Assembly: GCA_963815835.1 (NCBI GenBank) | Contig: CAWFIF010000001.1 | Span: 1,571,479 to 1,635,478 of the forward strand | Source: an uncultured delta proteobacterium | GTDB lineage: Bacteria; Desulfobacterota; Binatia; Binatales; Binataceae | Direction: 5' to 3' | DNA length: 64,000 bases | Shown here: positions 46,901 to 57,829 of the stretch, piece after piece | Layout of the letters: every line of letters begins with the position of its first letter | Numbering within the stretch: the first letter of the stretch is position 1 | Translations under genes and position numbers: made by a program | Notes under the pieces: generated by a model | Seen by the model: only the letters and a program-made list of their open reading frames with translations | What the model was told of the DNA's origin: nothing | Databases searched by the model: none

Positions 46901-48409
46901 TCATACAAGTTCCGCAGGCTCGACGGTGCGCGAAAGGGTCTCCGCCGGTGTGGGGCCGCGACGCTGGCCGAAGAAGGGCTTGAGAATCAGGTAGACCACG
47001 TCGCGTATCCGCATGAAGCGCGTGAAACGGCGCAGGAGCCGAACCGTCTGCAGCGGATAATGAAGCAGCTTGTAACGGAATATTCTGCGGAAACCCGCGT
47101 TGCGCTCGCGGTTGATCACCTCGCCCGGCAGGCAGGTCCGATCGATCTCGGAGCACTTGAAAAACTTGAACCAGTCGCGGTCCTCGTCCACCAGGTTGCG
47201 GCGGATATATTCCTGCCACAACGGGGTGCCGCGATAGACACACAGGCGGTTGAAGTTGAAGGTGTCGAGCGGAAGCCGCGCGGCAAAATCAAAAGTCGCT
47301 CGCAGGTCGGCCACGGTCTCATCGGGGTTGCCTACCACGAAGAAGCCGTGCACGATTTCGATCCCCGCCCGCTTGGCATTCGTGACCGCGGTCTCAACTT
47401 GCTTAAGGGTTTGCTCCTTCTCGAGCCGGTCGAGGACCTTCTGACTGCCGCTCTCGATCCCGAACATCACGGTGCGGCAATTGGCCTTTGCCATCAACGG
47501 ATACAGATGCTCGGCGACCGAATCGACTCTGCCCTCGCAACCCCAGTGGATAGCCGGACCGCTCTCGATTAGCCCGTTGCAGATGGCTTCGATCCGCCTC
47601 GGTTGCAATAGGAAATGATCGTCGACAAAGTACACCGCACCGTAGCCGTGTTCCCTCAGATGATTGAATTCCGCGAGCACATGCTGATGGCTGCGGGCGC
47701 GCCATTTATGCTGGTTGAAGCCCGGAATGTCGCAGTAAACACAATGGCGTGGGCATCCGCGCGACGCCTGCATCGTGGTGAAACGGTCCATTGACAGAAC
47801 CGCGGGCACATCCAGCGGCATCGACTCGACGAAGTCCAGCGCGAGGCTTTCGCGGTCCGGAAAAGGCCACTGGTCGAGATCGCGCTCGACCGCGCGGTCC
47901 GGATTGTTTACCACCTGGCCGTCTCGCGCCCAGGTGAGCCCGGCGACCGCCGCGGGATTGTCGAGCTGCTCAAGCAGGTCGAGAATCAACTGCTCGCCGT
48001 CACCGCGGCAGACAAAGTCCACCTCGCTGCATTGCAGTTTCACCAGCGGCGCGTTCAACGTCGCGAACACGCCGCCGATGGCGACTTTGACCTTGGAATC
48101 GGCGGCGCGGATCTGGCGGGCGAGGATCCTGGCGTACGGATAGCTGGTGGTGCTCAGAAAACTCAACCCGACCAGTTGCGGCCGTCGCATGCGAATCTGC
48201 TCGATGATGACCTGGTTTGGAGTCGCGGGGTTGGCCTGATCGAACATCACGCATTCATGGCCGGCACGCTTTAGCACCGCGGAGAGCGACATGATTCCGA
48301 TCGGTGGGAACCCCATGATGCGCAGGTTGCCGTTTTTCGCGCGCCCGGCTGTCGGCACGGCGTAAAATTGCGGATCGCGAACATGGATTAGAAATACCAA
48401 CATGGCCAC
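46901..48409 (-). CDS. B12-binding-domain radical SAM protein
   Basis: N-terminal cobalamin-binding Rossmann fold (..GFPPIGIMSLSAVLKRAGHECVMFD..VGLSFLSTTSY..VAIGGVFAT..), then ..ASRGCPRHCVYCDIP.. (CxxxCxxC). Confidence 0.8.
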   Translation of the reverse strand: MAMLVFLIHVRDPQFYAVPTAGRAKNGNLRIMGFPPIGIMSLSAVLKRAGHECVMFDQANPATPNQVIIEQIRMRRPQLVGLSFLSTTSYPYARILARQIRAADSKVKVAIGGVFATLNAPLVKLQCSEVDFVCRGDGEQLILDLLEQLDNPAAVAGLTWARDGQVVNNPDRAVERDLDQWPFPDRESLALDFVESMPLDVPAVLSMDRFTTMQASRGCPRHCVYCDIPGFNQHKWRARSHQHVLAEFNHLREHGYGAVYFVDDHFLLQPRRIEAICNGLIESGPAIHWGCEGRVDSVAEHLYPLMAKANCRTVMFGIESGSQKVLDRLEKEQTLKQVETAVTNAKRAGIEIVHGFFVVGNPDETVADLRATFDFAARLPLDTFNFNRLCVYRGTPLWQEYIRRNLVDEDRDWFKFFKCSEIDRTCLPGEVINRERNAGFRRIFRYKLLHYPLQTVRLLRRFTRFMRIRDVVYLILKPFFGQRRGPTPAETLSRTVEPAELV

Positions 48410-48658
48410 CTCTGGTCGCTGCCAACGCTCGGAGCGCGCGCTGTGCCTGCATCGCTCTTTCCCAGCACGTGAGCCTGTTCGCCGGACGCCGATTGCGAGT
48501 TCCCGTCGGAGTTGAATGTATGTGGCCGGAGCCTTTTGGACAAGTTGGCAATAGATTCAGCGCATGAATTCCGCTGCGAGCAACCCGAGGAAAAATCATG
48601 GTGGCAATCGATCGCGCCGCCGCGTTATACAGACATACGACCGCGGAGTTATTGTTTA

Positions 48659-49912
48659 ATGAGTGATGCAAACCGCCTCTCGCCGTATCGATGGGTCATC
48701 GAGATCCTGCTCCTCCTTACGCTGCTCTCGCAGTCGGTGACCTGGCTGGCCCCCGCGCCGATCCTTGTCCCGATAAGCAAAAGTCTGAACATCTCGCTCG
48801 CCAACGCCGGCCTCATCATTTCGATCATCGCGCTATGCATCGCGATCTTCTCGATGGCGGGCGCGATCGTCATGGAGAAACTCGGGGCGCTGCGCGCGCT
48901 CATTGCGGGCATCTGGCTGATGTCGATCGCGGAGATTCTGAGCGGCTACTCGGGCAGCTTTGGGCAACTGCTTTTCTGGCGCGTGCTCGAGGGCATCGGC
49001 TATGGCGTCATCATCGCGCCGCCCGGCGCGCTCACGATGCAATGGTTCGGCGAGCACGAATGGCCCTACATCAATATGGTCAACGCGCTGTGCGCCTACA
49101 TCGGGCTGTTCGCGGTATTCCAGTTGACCGCGCCGATCTACGTCGGAGTTGGATCATCATGGCTGCTGGTGCTGCGCGACTATGGGATCGCATGCGCGGT
49201 CGTCGCGCTGCTGTGGACGATTTTCGGCTACGAGCGCCGCAACCCGATCGTCGATGCCGCGGTCACCGAATCGGCAGAGGAGCGCGGCTCGGCCCTTGGC
49301 GAAGTGGCGCGGCGTCGCGAGATCCTGCTCATCGCGGCCGGGCTGTTCGGCGGGATGTGGGTCTTCCAGCTCTACACCGCGTTCCTGCCGACCTACTACA
49401 GCCAGTATCGGGGGCTGGGCCTCGCGGAAGCATCGTCGCTGACCTCGGTGTTGCCGCTCACCGGCATCTTCGCGGCGTTAGCCGGAGGACTCGGGACGGG
49501 GATGTCGGGACTTCGAAAGCCGTTCCTGTGGCCAGTCGCGATCTGCGCGCTGTTCGGATGCTTCGGCGCGGTCGTATTTTCCGATCCGATGCTGATCCGG
49601 GCATCGCTAGTGTTGTTTGGAATTGGCGCCGCGGGATCGCTCGCCGCGATCACGACGTTGGTGATGGAACTTCCGGGGATGACGCCCGAAAAGATGGGCG
49701 TCGGTTTGGCGTTCGTATGGTCGGTGGGCTATGCGGGCGCGTTCGTATCGCCCATCGTGGGTGGCGCGCTGGCCGCATCGATCGGGCTCAAGAACGTGAT
49801 GATGTTTTTCCTGGTCTTCCATTTTCTGCCGATCGGTTGCATGTACCTGCTGCCGGAAACCGGAAAAGGAAGAGCGGCACCGGCGCAAACTGCCACCGCA
49901 GCCGCGGGCTGA
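48659..49912 (+). CDS. MFS-family transporter
   Basis: 12 predicted TM segments of a typical MFS fold. The start is the internal Met (MSDANRL) of ORF 48512..49912. An overlapping out-of-frame 432-aa ORF is rejected. Confidence 0.7.
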   Translation: MSDANRLSPYRWVIEILLLLTLLSQSVTWLAPAPILVPISKSLNISLANAGLIISIIALCIAIFSMAGAIVMEKLGALRALIAGIWLMSIAEILSGYSGSFGQLLFWRVLEGIGYGVIIAPPGALTMQWFGEHEWPYINMVNALCAYIGLFAVFQLTAPIYVGVGSSWLLVLRDYGIACAVVALLWTIFGYERRNPIVDAAVTESAEERGSALGEVARRREILLIAAGLFGGMWVFQLYTAFLPTYYSQYRGLGLAEASSLTSVLPLTGIFAALAGGLGTGMSGLRKPFLWPVAICALFGCFGAVVFSDPMLIRASLVLFGIGAAGSLAAITTLVMELPGMTPEKMGVGLAFVWSVGYAGAFVSPIVGGALAASIGLKNVMMFFLVFHFLPIGCMYLLPETGKGRAAPAQTATAAAG

Positions 49913-50069
49913 TGCTGCGCGCTTCATGCTCGAAGCCACCGCATGAGGCGCGCCAGCCACGTAATCCTCTTCGAGTTCGCTTCGAATAGCGCGATCTGGC
50001 CCTACGAAAACATTTCCCATTGGACGTCAAACGGCGTAAGGGAAAACAGGCCCCAAGGAGATCCGTGCA

Positions 50070-50416
50070 TGTCTTGCGGTCAACGCATGCGTGGAATCAT
50101 ATGGCTCGCCTGCGCTGTGGCGTTGGCGTCGGTTGGATGTGCCGCGGGTAGCGCGAAATCGACGTTGCACCCGCGCCAGGCGCCGATTGCCTCGCTCGAT
50201 TCTCCGGCGATGGGATTGGTGGGGCTCCTACCGATGGACCCTTGGACTGGCCCTCCACGTGCGGTGGGAATGAAAGCCGTGGTGGTCGGCTACGTGGTTT
50301 CGCATCCCGCGTTGGAGACCGATTTGTCGGTTCCAGGGGGCCGGGATGGTCATGCGCTGCCGGTTCTCGCATTCAAGCTGACCATGATCATCACGCAGAG
50401 GCCAACGGCTCGGTAG
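50070..50416 (+). CDS. Hypothetical lipoprotein; may continue by frameshift into ORF ending at 50805
   Basis: MRGIIWLACAVALASVGC lipobox. A protein-like segment ..VYHGHGNLNVFYKPDGF..LRTFRF (ends in Phe) lies in another frame from about 50380 to 50805. Confidence 0.35.
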
Positions 50417-50912
50417 GGCCGGAAGTGTACCATGGGCACGGCAACCTCAATGTCTTCTATAAGCCGGACGGATTCAGCGACGCCCTGTTGAACTATGCTG
50501 GAGCAATCGAGAATACCCAGCAGATTGAGTCGGACAATATCGAGTTTGACGGCAACCCCGATTTCGATACCTCTCGCTTCTATTTGCACGTGCGGGAGAC
50601 CGTGGTTGCGACGCGGGCTTTCATCTTTGCCGGCCGCAGTTGGCGCACGCCGGTCTCCCGAACTGCGTCGGACGTACTGGTCGGTCAATATTCCGATAGT
50701 TTTTTCGGCGAGGCGTTCGCGTCGAGCAATGTGATGCCGCCGCTCTCGCCGGAGGAGAAGCTGATCGCTCTGGCCGGTTCGCCGCTGCGCACGTTTCGAT
50801 TTTGATGACAGGCGAATGGGTGGACGGGAGGAGCATCGCATGAAGCACCGACCCTCCGCTCGCAAAAAAAGCGCGAGGGACCCGGAAAAGAACCCGGACC
50901 AAGTTGAAGGAG

Positions 50913-51788
<876 letters not shown>

Positions 51789-51796
51789 TAATGCAG

Positions 51797-52924
51797 CTAC
51801 GATTCGCCGCGCGCCAGCCGCTTCTTGCGGACCTTCTCGTATGCCGAGGTCAGCTCGGCGAGCATCTTCTCGCGCTCTTCGTACAATCTTCGCGCCTTGC
51901 GAGGCTTCCGCTTGTTGAGTGCATAAGCGGTGATGAGCGGCAACGCGACCGTCGAATCGACATAACAGACGACAGAATCAGGGAGCTTGCTGGGATCGAT
52001 TTTTCCCCAGCTCACCGCCTCCGATGGCGTCGCACCCGAGAGGCCGCCGGTGTCGGGACGCGCATCGGTCACCTGCAGGAAGTAGTCGTGACCGTTTTCC
52101 GCGACACCCATCACTTCCTGAATTTGCGGCTCGGTCTGCAACACGAAATTTTTCGGCGAGCCGCCGCCGAGGATGAACACCGCGCTCTTTCCGCCGCTCT
52201 TCTTCGCCGCGTAGACAATAGCCGCGGTCTCATTCACGTCGGCGAGCGGGTCGATTCGCAGGGCCCCGCCCTCGAGCTCGAGCAGCGCGAGGTTCATCCC
52301 GATCGACGAGTCACCCGGCGACGAGGTGTAGATCGGCACCGCATGTTCGTATGCGGCGGCCAGCAACGAGCGGCGCGACAGCTTGAGCACGCGCTCGCGC
52401 TCCGCGACGTAACGGCCGGCGCGATAATGAAATTCCGCGCTGCTCATCGGATGCTGAAATTCCTCGTTACGCGCGACTTGACGAAAGAAAGCGTCGGTCG
52501 AGAGCAGCACGTGATAATCGAAAAAGATGTCGTAGATGCGCACCACGCCGGCGTCGCGCAGCGCCACGTCATCGGCCTCGGCCGAGCCCTGAAACATCTT
52601 GAGCCCGATGCCGAAATGCGTGTCGTGATAGAGATTCGCGCCGGTCAACACAATCCAATCGACGAAGCCATTTTCGATGAGCGGAATCAGGCACGACATT
52701 CCGAGGCCGGCCGGCGTCAGCGCCCCGGTGACGCTCATGCCGACCGTCACGTCGCGCTCGAGGATCTTCTCGGCGAACAGGCGGCACGCCTCGCGCAGGC
52801 GCCTGCCATTGTAGGCGAGGAATGCGCTATCGATCAGTTCGGCGGCGCTCATATCGCCGCGCACCGCCTGCGGATTTATTTGCTGGCCGCCGAGCAGACT
52901 CGGCCTTCTTTTCTTCTGCGCCAT
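51797..52924 (-). CDS. Deoxyhypusine-synthase-like protein (bacterial DHS homolog)
   Basis: 375 aa. ..[10 protein letters not shown].., ..[14 protein letters not shown].., ..[20 protein letters not shown].. resemble the NAD-binding DHS fold. Confidence 0.65.
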   Translation of the reverse strand: MAQKKRRPSLLGGQQINPQAVRGDMSAAELIDSAFLAYNGRRLREACRLFAEKILERDVTVGMSVTGALTPAGLGMSCLIPLIENGFVDWIVLTGANLYHDTHFGIGLKMFQGSAEADDVALRDAGVVRIYDIFFDYHVLLSTDAFFRQVARNEEFQHPMSSAEFHYRAGRYVAERERVLKLSRRSLLAAAYEHAVPIYTSSPGDSSIGMNLALLELEGGALRIDPLADVNETAAIVYAAKKSGGKSAVFILGGGSPKNFVLQTEPQIQEVMGVAENGHDYFLQVTDARPDTGGLSGATPSEAVSWGKIDPSKLPDSVVCYVDSTVALPLITAYALNKRKPRKARRLYEEREKMLAELTSAYEKVRKKRLARGES

Positions 52925-53111
52925 CGCGTCTCCTGGGCATCACGTCTCTTGGGTGGGCGAGCCGGCCAACGCCGCGCGGCCAAAGGCTTCGCAGGATCGC
53001 CGAAATCCTACTTATCATCCTGACGGCTTTCCACCATTTCGTTTGCGCAAGCCGAATTTCGGACCCTAAGATTGCTGTGGGGCTTGAAAATCTGCCTGCT
53101 TGGGGTGCGCG

Positions 53112-53933
53112 ATGGCCATTATCGCTATCAACCAGCAACTCGGCAGCCGCGGCGACGAACTCGGGCAACTCGCCGCGGATGCCCTCGGGTATCGCTTCTG
53201 GGGTCGCCGGGAACTCGTCAGCGCGGCCTCGCGCGCGTACAACGTCGAGCCGGAGCAGTTCCTCATCATCGACGAACGAAAGCCCTATTTTTGGGAACGT
53301 CCCAAGGTCGATGTCGATCGACTACGCGCCTTTCTACACGCGGCGATCTTTCGCGAGATGGCGCAGGACCGCATGGTGTTCGCGAGCAGTTCGGGTGCGC
53401 AACTGATGCCCGCCAACGGATGCGGCTTGCGCGTGCGCGCGATGGCGCCGTTTCCGATTCGCGTGCGCAACATCGTCAGCATCGAGAAGCTTACGGCCGC
53501 CGCGGCGGAAAAGCGCGTTCGCGATCACGACCGCGAAGTGAAAGCGCGCGCGCTATCGCTGTACCGCTTCGATATCGACGACCCCTGCATCTACGATCTG
53601 GTCCTCAATACCGCGGTGCTCCCGATCGACACAATGGTGGAGGCGCTGAGGTCATGCGCGCAGAAGATCAATGCTTCGTGCGGTGGCCGCGAATGGCAGG
53701 AGCTGCGCGACGCTGCGGTCGCGGCGCAAGTGCGTGCAGCGCTGCTCTCTCATCCGAAGTTTGGACTCGCTGATATCAACGTCGAGTGCGTGCTCGGCGC
53801 GGTACGGATGAACGGACCCGGGCTGGTCCCGCCGTGGGACGAGCTCGCGCGCAAAGTCGCGGCTCAGATCGAGGGCGTGAAATCCTGCGACATTGGAGCC
53901 AACGATACGCCGATGCCGCTGCGCGCCGAATAA
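53112..53933 (+). CDS. Cytidylate-kinase-like family protein (P-loop NTPase fold, function unknown)
   Basis: The N-terminus MAIIAINQQLGSRGDELGQLAADALGY.. matches the Cytidylate_kin2 family start (IITISRQ.GSGG.EIA..LA..LGY). Confidence 0.6.
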   Translation: MAIIAINQQLGSRGDELGQLAADALGYRFWGRRELVSAASRAYNVEPEQFLIIDERKPYFWERPKVDVDRLRAFLHAAIFREMAQDRMVFASSSGAQLMPANGCGLRVRAMAPFPIRVRNIVSIEKLTAAAAEKRVRDHDREVKARALSLYRFDIDDPCIYDLVLNTAVLPIDTMVEALRSCAQKINASCGGREWQELRDAAVAAQVRAALLSHPKFGLADINVECVLGAVRMNGPGLVPPWDELARKVAAQIEGVKSCDIGANDTPMPLRAE

Positions 53934-53975
53934 CCGCGCCCCAAAGTTCTCTTACCCAACTCGCTGGGCCGTGCT

Positions 53976-54464
53976 ATGGTCGCGGCTTCGCCGAAAACCC
54001 CGATGCGCCAGGTCATTATTTTTCTCGCCACCGGAGCCTACACCGGCTATTCGCCGTTCGCGCCTGGAACCGCGGGCTCGGTGGTGGGACTCATCATCGG
54101 ATACTTCTTCTGCGCACCGATGTGGCAGGAGGAGCCGATGATCTTCGTCGCGATCTTCGCGGCAGTTTTCGTGCTGGCATGCCTCATCGCGGGCCGCGCC
54201 GAACAGATCTTCGGTGAGCATGACAGCTCGAAGATCGTGCTCGACGAAGTGCTCGGCATGATCGCGACGATGTTTCTAAATCCGCTTGGATGGCCATGGC
54301 TGCTCGGCGGGTTCTTGCTGTTCCGGCTGTTCGATGTCATCAAGCCGTTCCCAGCCTCCGTGATCGATCGGAGAATGCCGGGTGGGCCGGGCGTGATGCT
54401 CGATGATCTGTTCGCGGGAATTTATGCAAATATCGTCGTGAGAATTTTGGCGCACGTGCTGTAG
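53976..54464 (+). CDS. pgpA: Phosphatidylglycerophosphatase A
   Basis: ..GYSPFAPGTAGSVVG.., ..DEVLGM.., ..FRLFDVIKPFP.., ..GGPGVMLDDLFAGIYAN... Confidence 0.85.
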   Translation: MVAASPKTPMRQVIIFLATGAYTGYSPFAPGTAGSVVGLIIGYFFCAPMWQEEPMIFVAIFAAVFVLACLIAGRAEQIFGEHDSSKIVLDEVLGMIATMFLNPLGWPWLLGGFLLFRLFDVIKPFPASVIDRRMPGGPGVMLDDLFAGIYANIVVRILAHVL

Positions 54465-54500
54465 CTGGAACCTCACGGCGGCACGCGTTTACGGGAGGCA

Positions 54501-55787
54501 GTGATGATTCAGAAAGCGGTCATTCTTTCCACCGGTGACGAAATCACCACCGGGAAAGTAGTCGATACCAACGCGAACTACCTCGCGGACAAACTGCATG
54601 AGAACGGAATCGACCTCGCGGCCGTGATCACCGTCGGCGACGTGCCGGAGCGGCTGGAGTGGGCGTGGCGCACCGGCATCCAGCTCGGCGACGTGGTCAT
54701 CTCGACCGGCGGCATCGGACCAACCGCCGACGACCTCACGACCGAGACGATCGCGCGCATCACCGGACGCAAACTGGTTCGCCATGAGCCGAGCGTCGAA
54801 ACGATGCGCCGCATGTTCGCGACCATCAATCGCGTGATGCCTGAGAACAACCTCAAGCAGGCCGACTTTCCTGAAGGCGCCGAGGTGATTCCCAACCCGC
54901 TCGGCACCGCGCCTGGATTTCATTTACCGGTACCCGATGGCGGTCGCGTGAGTCATCTGATCGTGATGCCCGGCGTGCCGCGCGAAATGAAACCGATGAT
55001 GGAAAACTGGGTGGTACCGTGGCTGGCGAAGAATCGCGGTACCAACAAGGTTTTCGCGGTGCGGATTTTCCAGACTTTCGGAATCAGCGAATCGGGCCTC
55101 GACCAGGCGGTGCTGGGGCTCATCAAGCCGGAAGAGGGCCGCGTGGCGTTTCGCGCGAGCTTTCCGCAAATATCGATGCGTATCACCGTCGAGGGTGAGC
55201 CGGGCGAGGCCGAGCGCAAGCTCGAGGAGCTGAGCGAGCGTGTCCGTGCGAAGATTTCCAATTATCTTTTTGCTGAAGGCGACTCGTCAATGGAAGAAGT
55301 CGTGGCGCAGTTGCTGACACGTCACAACATCAAGCTGGCAGTTGCTGAGTCGTGCACGGGCGGACTGATCGGGAACCGCCTTACTAATGTTCCGGGAAGC
55401 TCGAAGTTCCTGTTGGCGGACCTCGTCACCTATTCCAATGAAACCAAGAAGTCGCTGCTCGGCGTGAGCGACGCAACCCTCAGCACTCATGGCGCGGTGA
55501 GCGAGGAGTGCGTGCGCGAGATGGCGGCCGGGGTGCGCAAGCGCGTCGGCGCGGATGTTGGCATCGCAACCTCGGGAATCGCGGGGCCCGATGGCGGCAC
55601 TCCCGACAAGCCGGTCGGCACGGTGTGTATCGCGCTCGATTCCGAGGACGTCAAAACGTCCCGCCGCTACCAGATGCGCGGCACGCGCGATTGGGTGAAG
55701 CTACTCAGCTCGCAGGTGGCGTTGGATTGGATGCGCCGTTACGCGCTGCAGCTCCCTATCGAGGAATCGCAGCTCTTCCGGCGCTAG
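54501..55787 (+). CDS. cinA: CinA-family protein (MoCF-binding N-domain + CinA C-domain; NMN deamidase-like)
   Basis: ..AVILSTGDEITTGKVVDTNANYLADKL.. and ..AVAESCTGGLIGNRLTNVPGSS... Confidence 0.85.
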   Translation: MMIQKAVILSTGDEITTGKVVDTNANYLADKLHENGIDLAAVITVGDVPERLEWAWRTGIQLGDVVISTGGIGPTADDLTTETIARITGRKLVRHEPSVETMRRMFATINRVMPENNLKQADFPEGAEVIPNPLGTAPGFHLPVPDGGRVSHLIVMPGVPREMKPMMENWVVPWLAKNRGTNKVFAVRIFQTFGISESGLDQAVLGLIKPEEGRVAFRASFPQISMRITVEGEPGEAERKLEELSERVRAKISNYLFAEGDSSMEEVVAQLLTRHNIKLAVAESCTGGLIGNRLTNVPGSSKFLLADLVTYSNETKKSLLGVSDATLSTHGAVSEECVREMAAGVRKRVGADVGIATSGIAGPDGGTPDKPVGTVCIALDSEDVKTSRRYQMRGTRDWVKLLSSQVALDWMRRYALQLPIEESQLFRR

Positions 55788-55872
55788 GATTTGCCCTAAC
55801 CGCCGGTTAGCGGACTTGGAAATTACTTAGTAATATCAATCGGTTACGCCGTTCGTTCTCCTGATCTGCGAA

Positions 55873-56296
55873 GTGGGTTTGTTTTTGCGATTTTCCGTGT
55901 CGCGGCGCGAGTGCGGAAGTGGGTTTGTTTTTCCGCTTTAGGATATTTGCGTCGGTACCGTCCGAGGCCCTTCGCAAAGCCTCAGGGCCATTGCTCGCGA
56001 TGCTCGCAATGGGTTTGTTTCTGCACTTTCTTTTCTGCCCCTCGCCAATCATGACAACCGCATGAGAGTGTGCGGACGCCACCCATCCTTGGAAGAAAGC
56101 GCGCGTCTTTCCTCGTAGATTTGGGTTCGTTCTTGCAAATCACGATGCATCGCAGATCCAGAATCTGGAGCCAAGCTCCCTCCTAGACCCTTCATGATTT
56201 TCGCTTCGCCCTGACGGCGAAAATCGCTTGGACCACTTCCTCGGAACAACCGAGGGAAGCCCAGAAGACGCAACCCTTGGTGGGTTTGTTTCGCCA
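55873..56296 (+). repeat. Array of five dispersed direct repeats (core TGGGTTTGTTTYTGC) in a convergent intergenic region; three copies fit a sigma-54 -24/-12 spacing
   Basis: Copies start at about 55873, 55919, 56009, 56121 and 56280. Copies 1, 3 and 4 read TGG-N8-TTGC or CTGCA, matching the GG-N10-GC spacing of RpoN promoters. See findings. Confidence 0.5.
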
Positions 56297-56298
56297 TT

Positions 56299-56628
56299 TC
56301 ACTTCAAGCGCGCGTATGAGATCGAATCGCCGCCGGTGCCCGAGAGCGACAGCGATCCGATCGAGGGCGTGCATCGCACCGGGTTCGCCATCGTGTTGTC
56401 GCTGCAGAGCACTACGTTGTAGCTGCTGGTGAAGCACGCGTCGGTCACCGTCGCGAAGCCGCCTACCAGACTTGTCTGCCCGGCGCAGTTCCCACCGGAA
56501 CTGAACGAGAAGCTGCCGGTCGGACTCCACGCGGTCATCGAGGTCGGAGGAGGTGGTGGCGCCGAGTAGGTGAAACATCCCGCCACCATCAAACCGCTCA
56601 ACGCCAGAAGAATTATCGAGGTGCGCAT
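56299..56628 (-). CDS. Small Cys-rich lipoprotein, paralog A
   Basis: Signal peptide plus lipobox LMVAGC. The C-terminal half is paralogous to the next gene (..CFTSSYNVVLCSDNTMANPVRCTPSIGSLSLSGTGGDSISYARLK). Confidence 0.5.
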   Translation of the reverse strand: MRTSIILLALSGLMVAGCFTYSAPPPPPTSMTAWSPTGSFSFSSGGNCAGQTSLVGGFATVTDACFTSSYNVVLCSDNTMANPVRCTPSIGSLSLSGTGGDSISYARLK

Positions 56629-56641
56629 GACTCTCATTATT

Positions 56642-57004
56642 TCAGCGCATCCGCGCATAAGCGATAACGTCGTTGCTGTTGCCGCCGATCAGGAGCGATC
56701 CTGCGCCTGGCGAGCATCGGACCGCGCTTATGCTGGTAGCGTCGGTGCATACCACGACGTTGGTGTCGCCGGTGAAGCATGAATCCTTGACGATGGCATT
56801 ACCGCTATTTAGTGGGACTCGTCCCGCGCATACGATCATCGAGTGTAGGTTGACGTTGGCGCCGCCGAAGATGCCGACTGCATTGATCGAGTCGTTCGGC
56901 GTTTTGGTATCGCTGGGGAGAGTCACCTTTACTTCGTTGGGCGTCATGTGGCAGGCCCCCAGGGTCAGACCTGCCACCGCGAGCGGAACAATCGCCATGC
57001 GCAT
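56642..57004 (-). CDS. Small Cys-rich lipoprotein, paralog B
   Basis: MRMAIVPLAVAGLTLGAC lipobox. ..CFTGDTNVVVCTDATSISAVRCSPGAGSLLIGGNSNDVIAYARMR aligns with paralog A. An alternative start at 57037 would overlap the PspA stop. Confidence 0.5.
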   Translation of the reverse strand: MRMAIVPLAVAGLTLGACHMTPNEVKVTLPSDTKTPNDSINAVGIFGGANVNLHSMIVCAGRVPLNSGNAIVKDSCFTGDTNVVVCTDATSISAVRCSPGAGSLLIGGNSNDVIAYARMR

Positions 57005-57033
57005 GATGTTCTGCATCGGCCCGCGGTTTCCGT

Positions 57034-57768
57034 TCAATTGCCGCTGACGTGCGGATTGCCGTTGGCGCCGTTCTGCACGAACGCATCCATCGGCACCAGG
57101 CCGCGGCGCCGACGCTTGATGTCGTCGAGCTCGGCCTCGGCCTTCGCTTCGGCGTTGCGACGCCGGATCTCGCCGAGCTTCTCCTCGACCTCGGCGCTAT
57201 GCAGCTCCTTGTTGACGCCGGCCTGCGCGAGCATCTGCTGAATCGACTCGCGCACTTCCTCGAGCGATCGCACATCCTCGTCGTAGGAGAGGCTTTCGAG
57301 CGCCTGCTGGATGCGCACCCGCGCCTGCGCGTTGCGAAGCCGCGCCATCATCCGGACTTTCTCGACCTTCAGCTTTTCGATTTCGTCCTTGAACGCGATG
57401 AGATTTTTCTTCGCGTCCTCGGCTTCGTTCGTAAGCTGCGTCAGCTCTTCCTTGAGGCGTTCGGTTTCCGCTTCGAGCTCATGCTTGCGCCGCAAGAGGA
57501 TGAGGGCGCACTGATCCTCATTCATGTCGGCAGCCTGCACAGCTTGCTCCGCCACCTCGACCAGCTCCGAGGTCTTGCGCTTGAGGTCGCGCTCCAGCTT
57601 GCTGCGCATATAGATGACACCGGCGGCCGCGCTCTTCAGTTGCTGATAGCGGCGCACCCGGTCCGCGATCGCGGATTCGTAGACCGCCTCGGGGTCGCGC
57701 GACTCGCGCGCTTTGATCCATCGCCGCAGCTTGCCGCCGAATAGACTCAGAATTCTTTCGATAAACAT
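57034..57768 (-). CDS. pspA: PspA/IM30 (Vipp1) family protein
   Basis: MFIERILSLFGGKLRRWIKARESRDPEAV.., followed by a long coiled coil. Confidence 0.65.
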   Translation of the reverse strand: MFIERILSLFGGKLRRWIKARESRDPEAVYESAIADRVRRYQQLKSAAAGVIYMRSKLERDLKRKTSELVEVAEQAVQAADMNEDQCALILLRRKHELEAETERLKEELTQLTNEAEDAKKNLIAFKDEIEKLKVEKVRMMARLRNAQARVRIQQALESLSYDEDVRSLEEVRESIQQMLAQAGVNKELHSAEVEEKLGEIRRRNAEAKAEAELDDIKRRRRGLVPMDAFVQNGANGNPHVSGN

Positions 57769-57829
57769 CTCACTTCTCCTCGATTCGCGCGGGCTGCGTG
57801 GCAACCTCGCGTGATACTTGTGAATTTGC

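Noticed and set aside
48691-49989. 432-aa ORF overlapping the MFS transporter in another frame
   Set aside because: The Arg/Gly-rich product has no TM helices. The alternative frame gives a clean 12-TM MFS fold.
55873-56296. CRISPR array interpretation of the dispersed repeats
   Set aside because: Repeats are short (about 15-20 nt), not palindromic and irregularly spaced (46-159 nt). No cas genes or leader are present.
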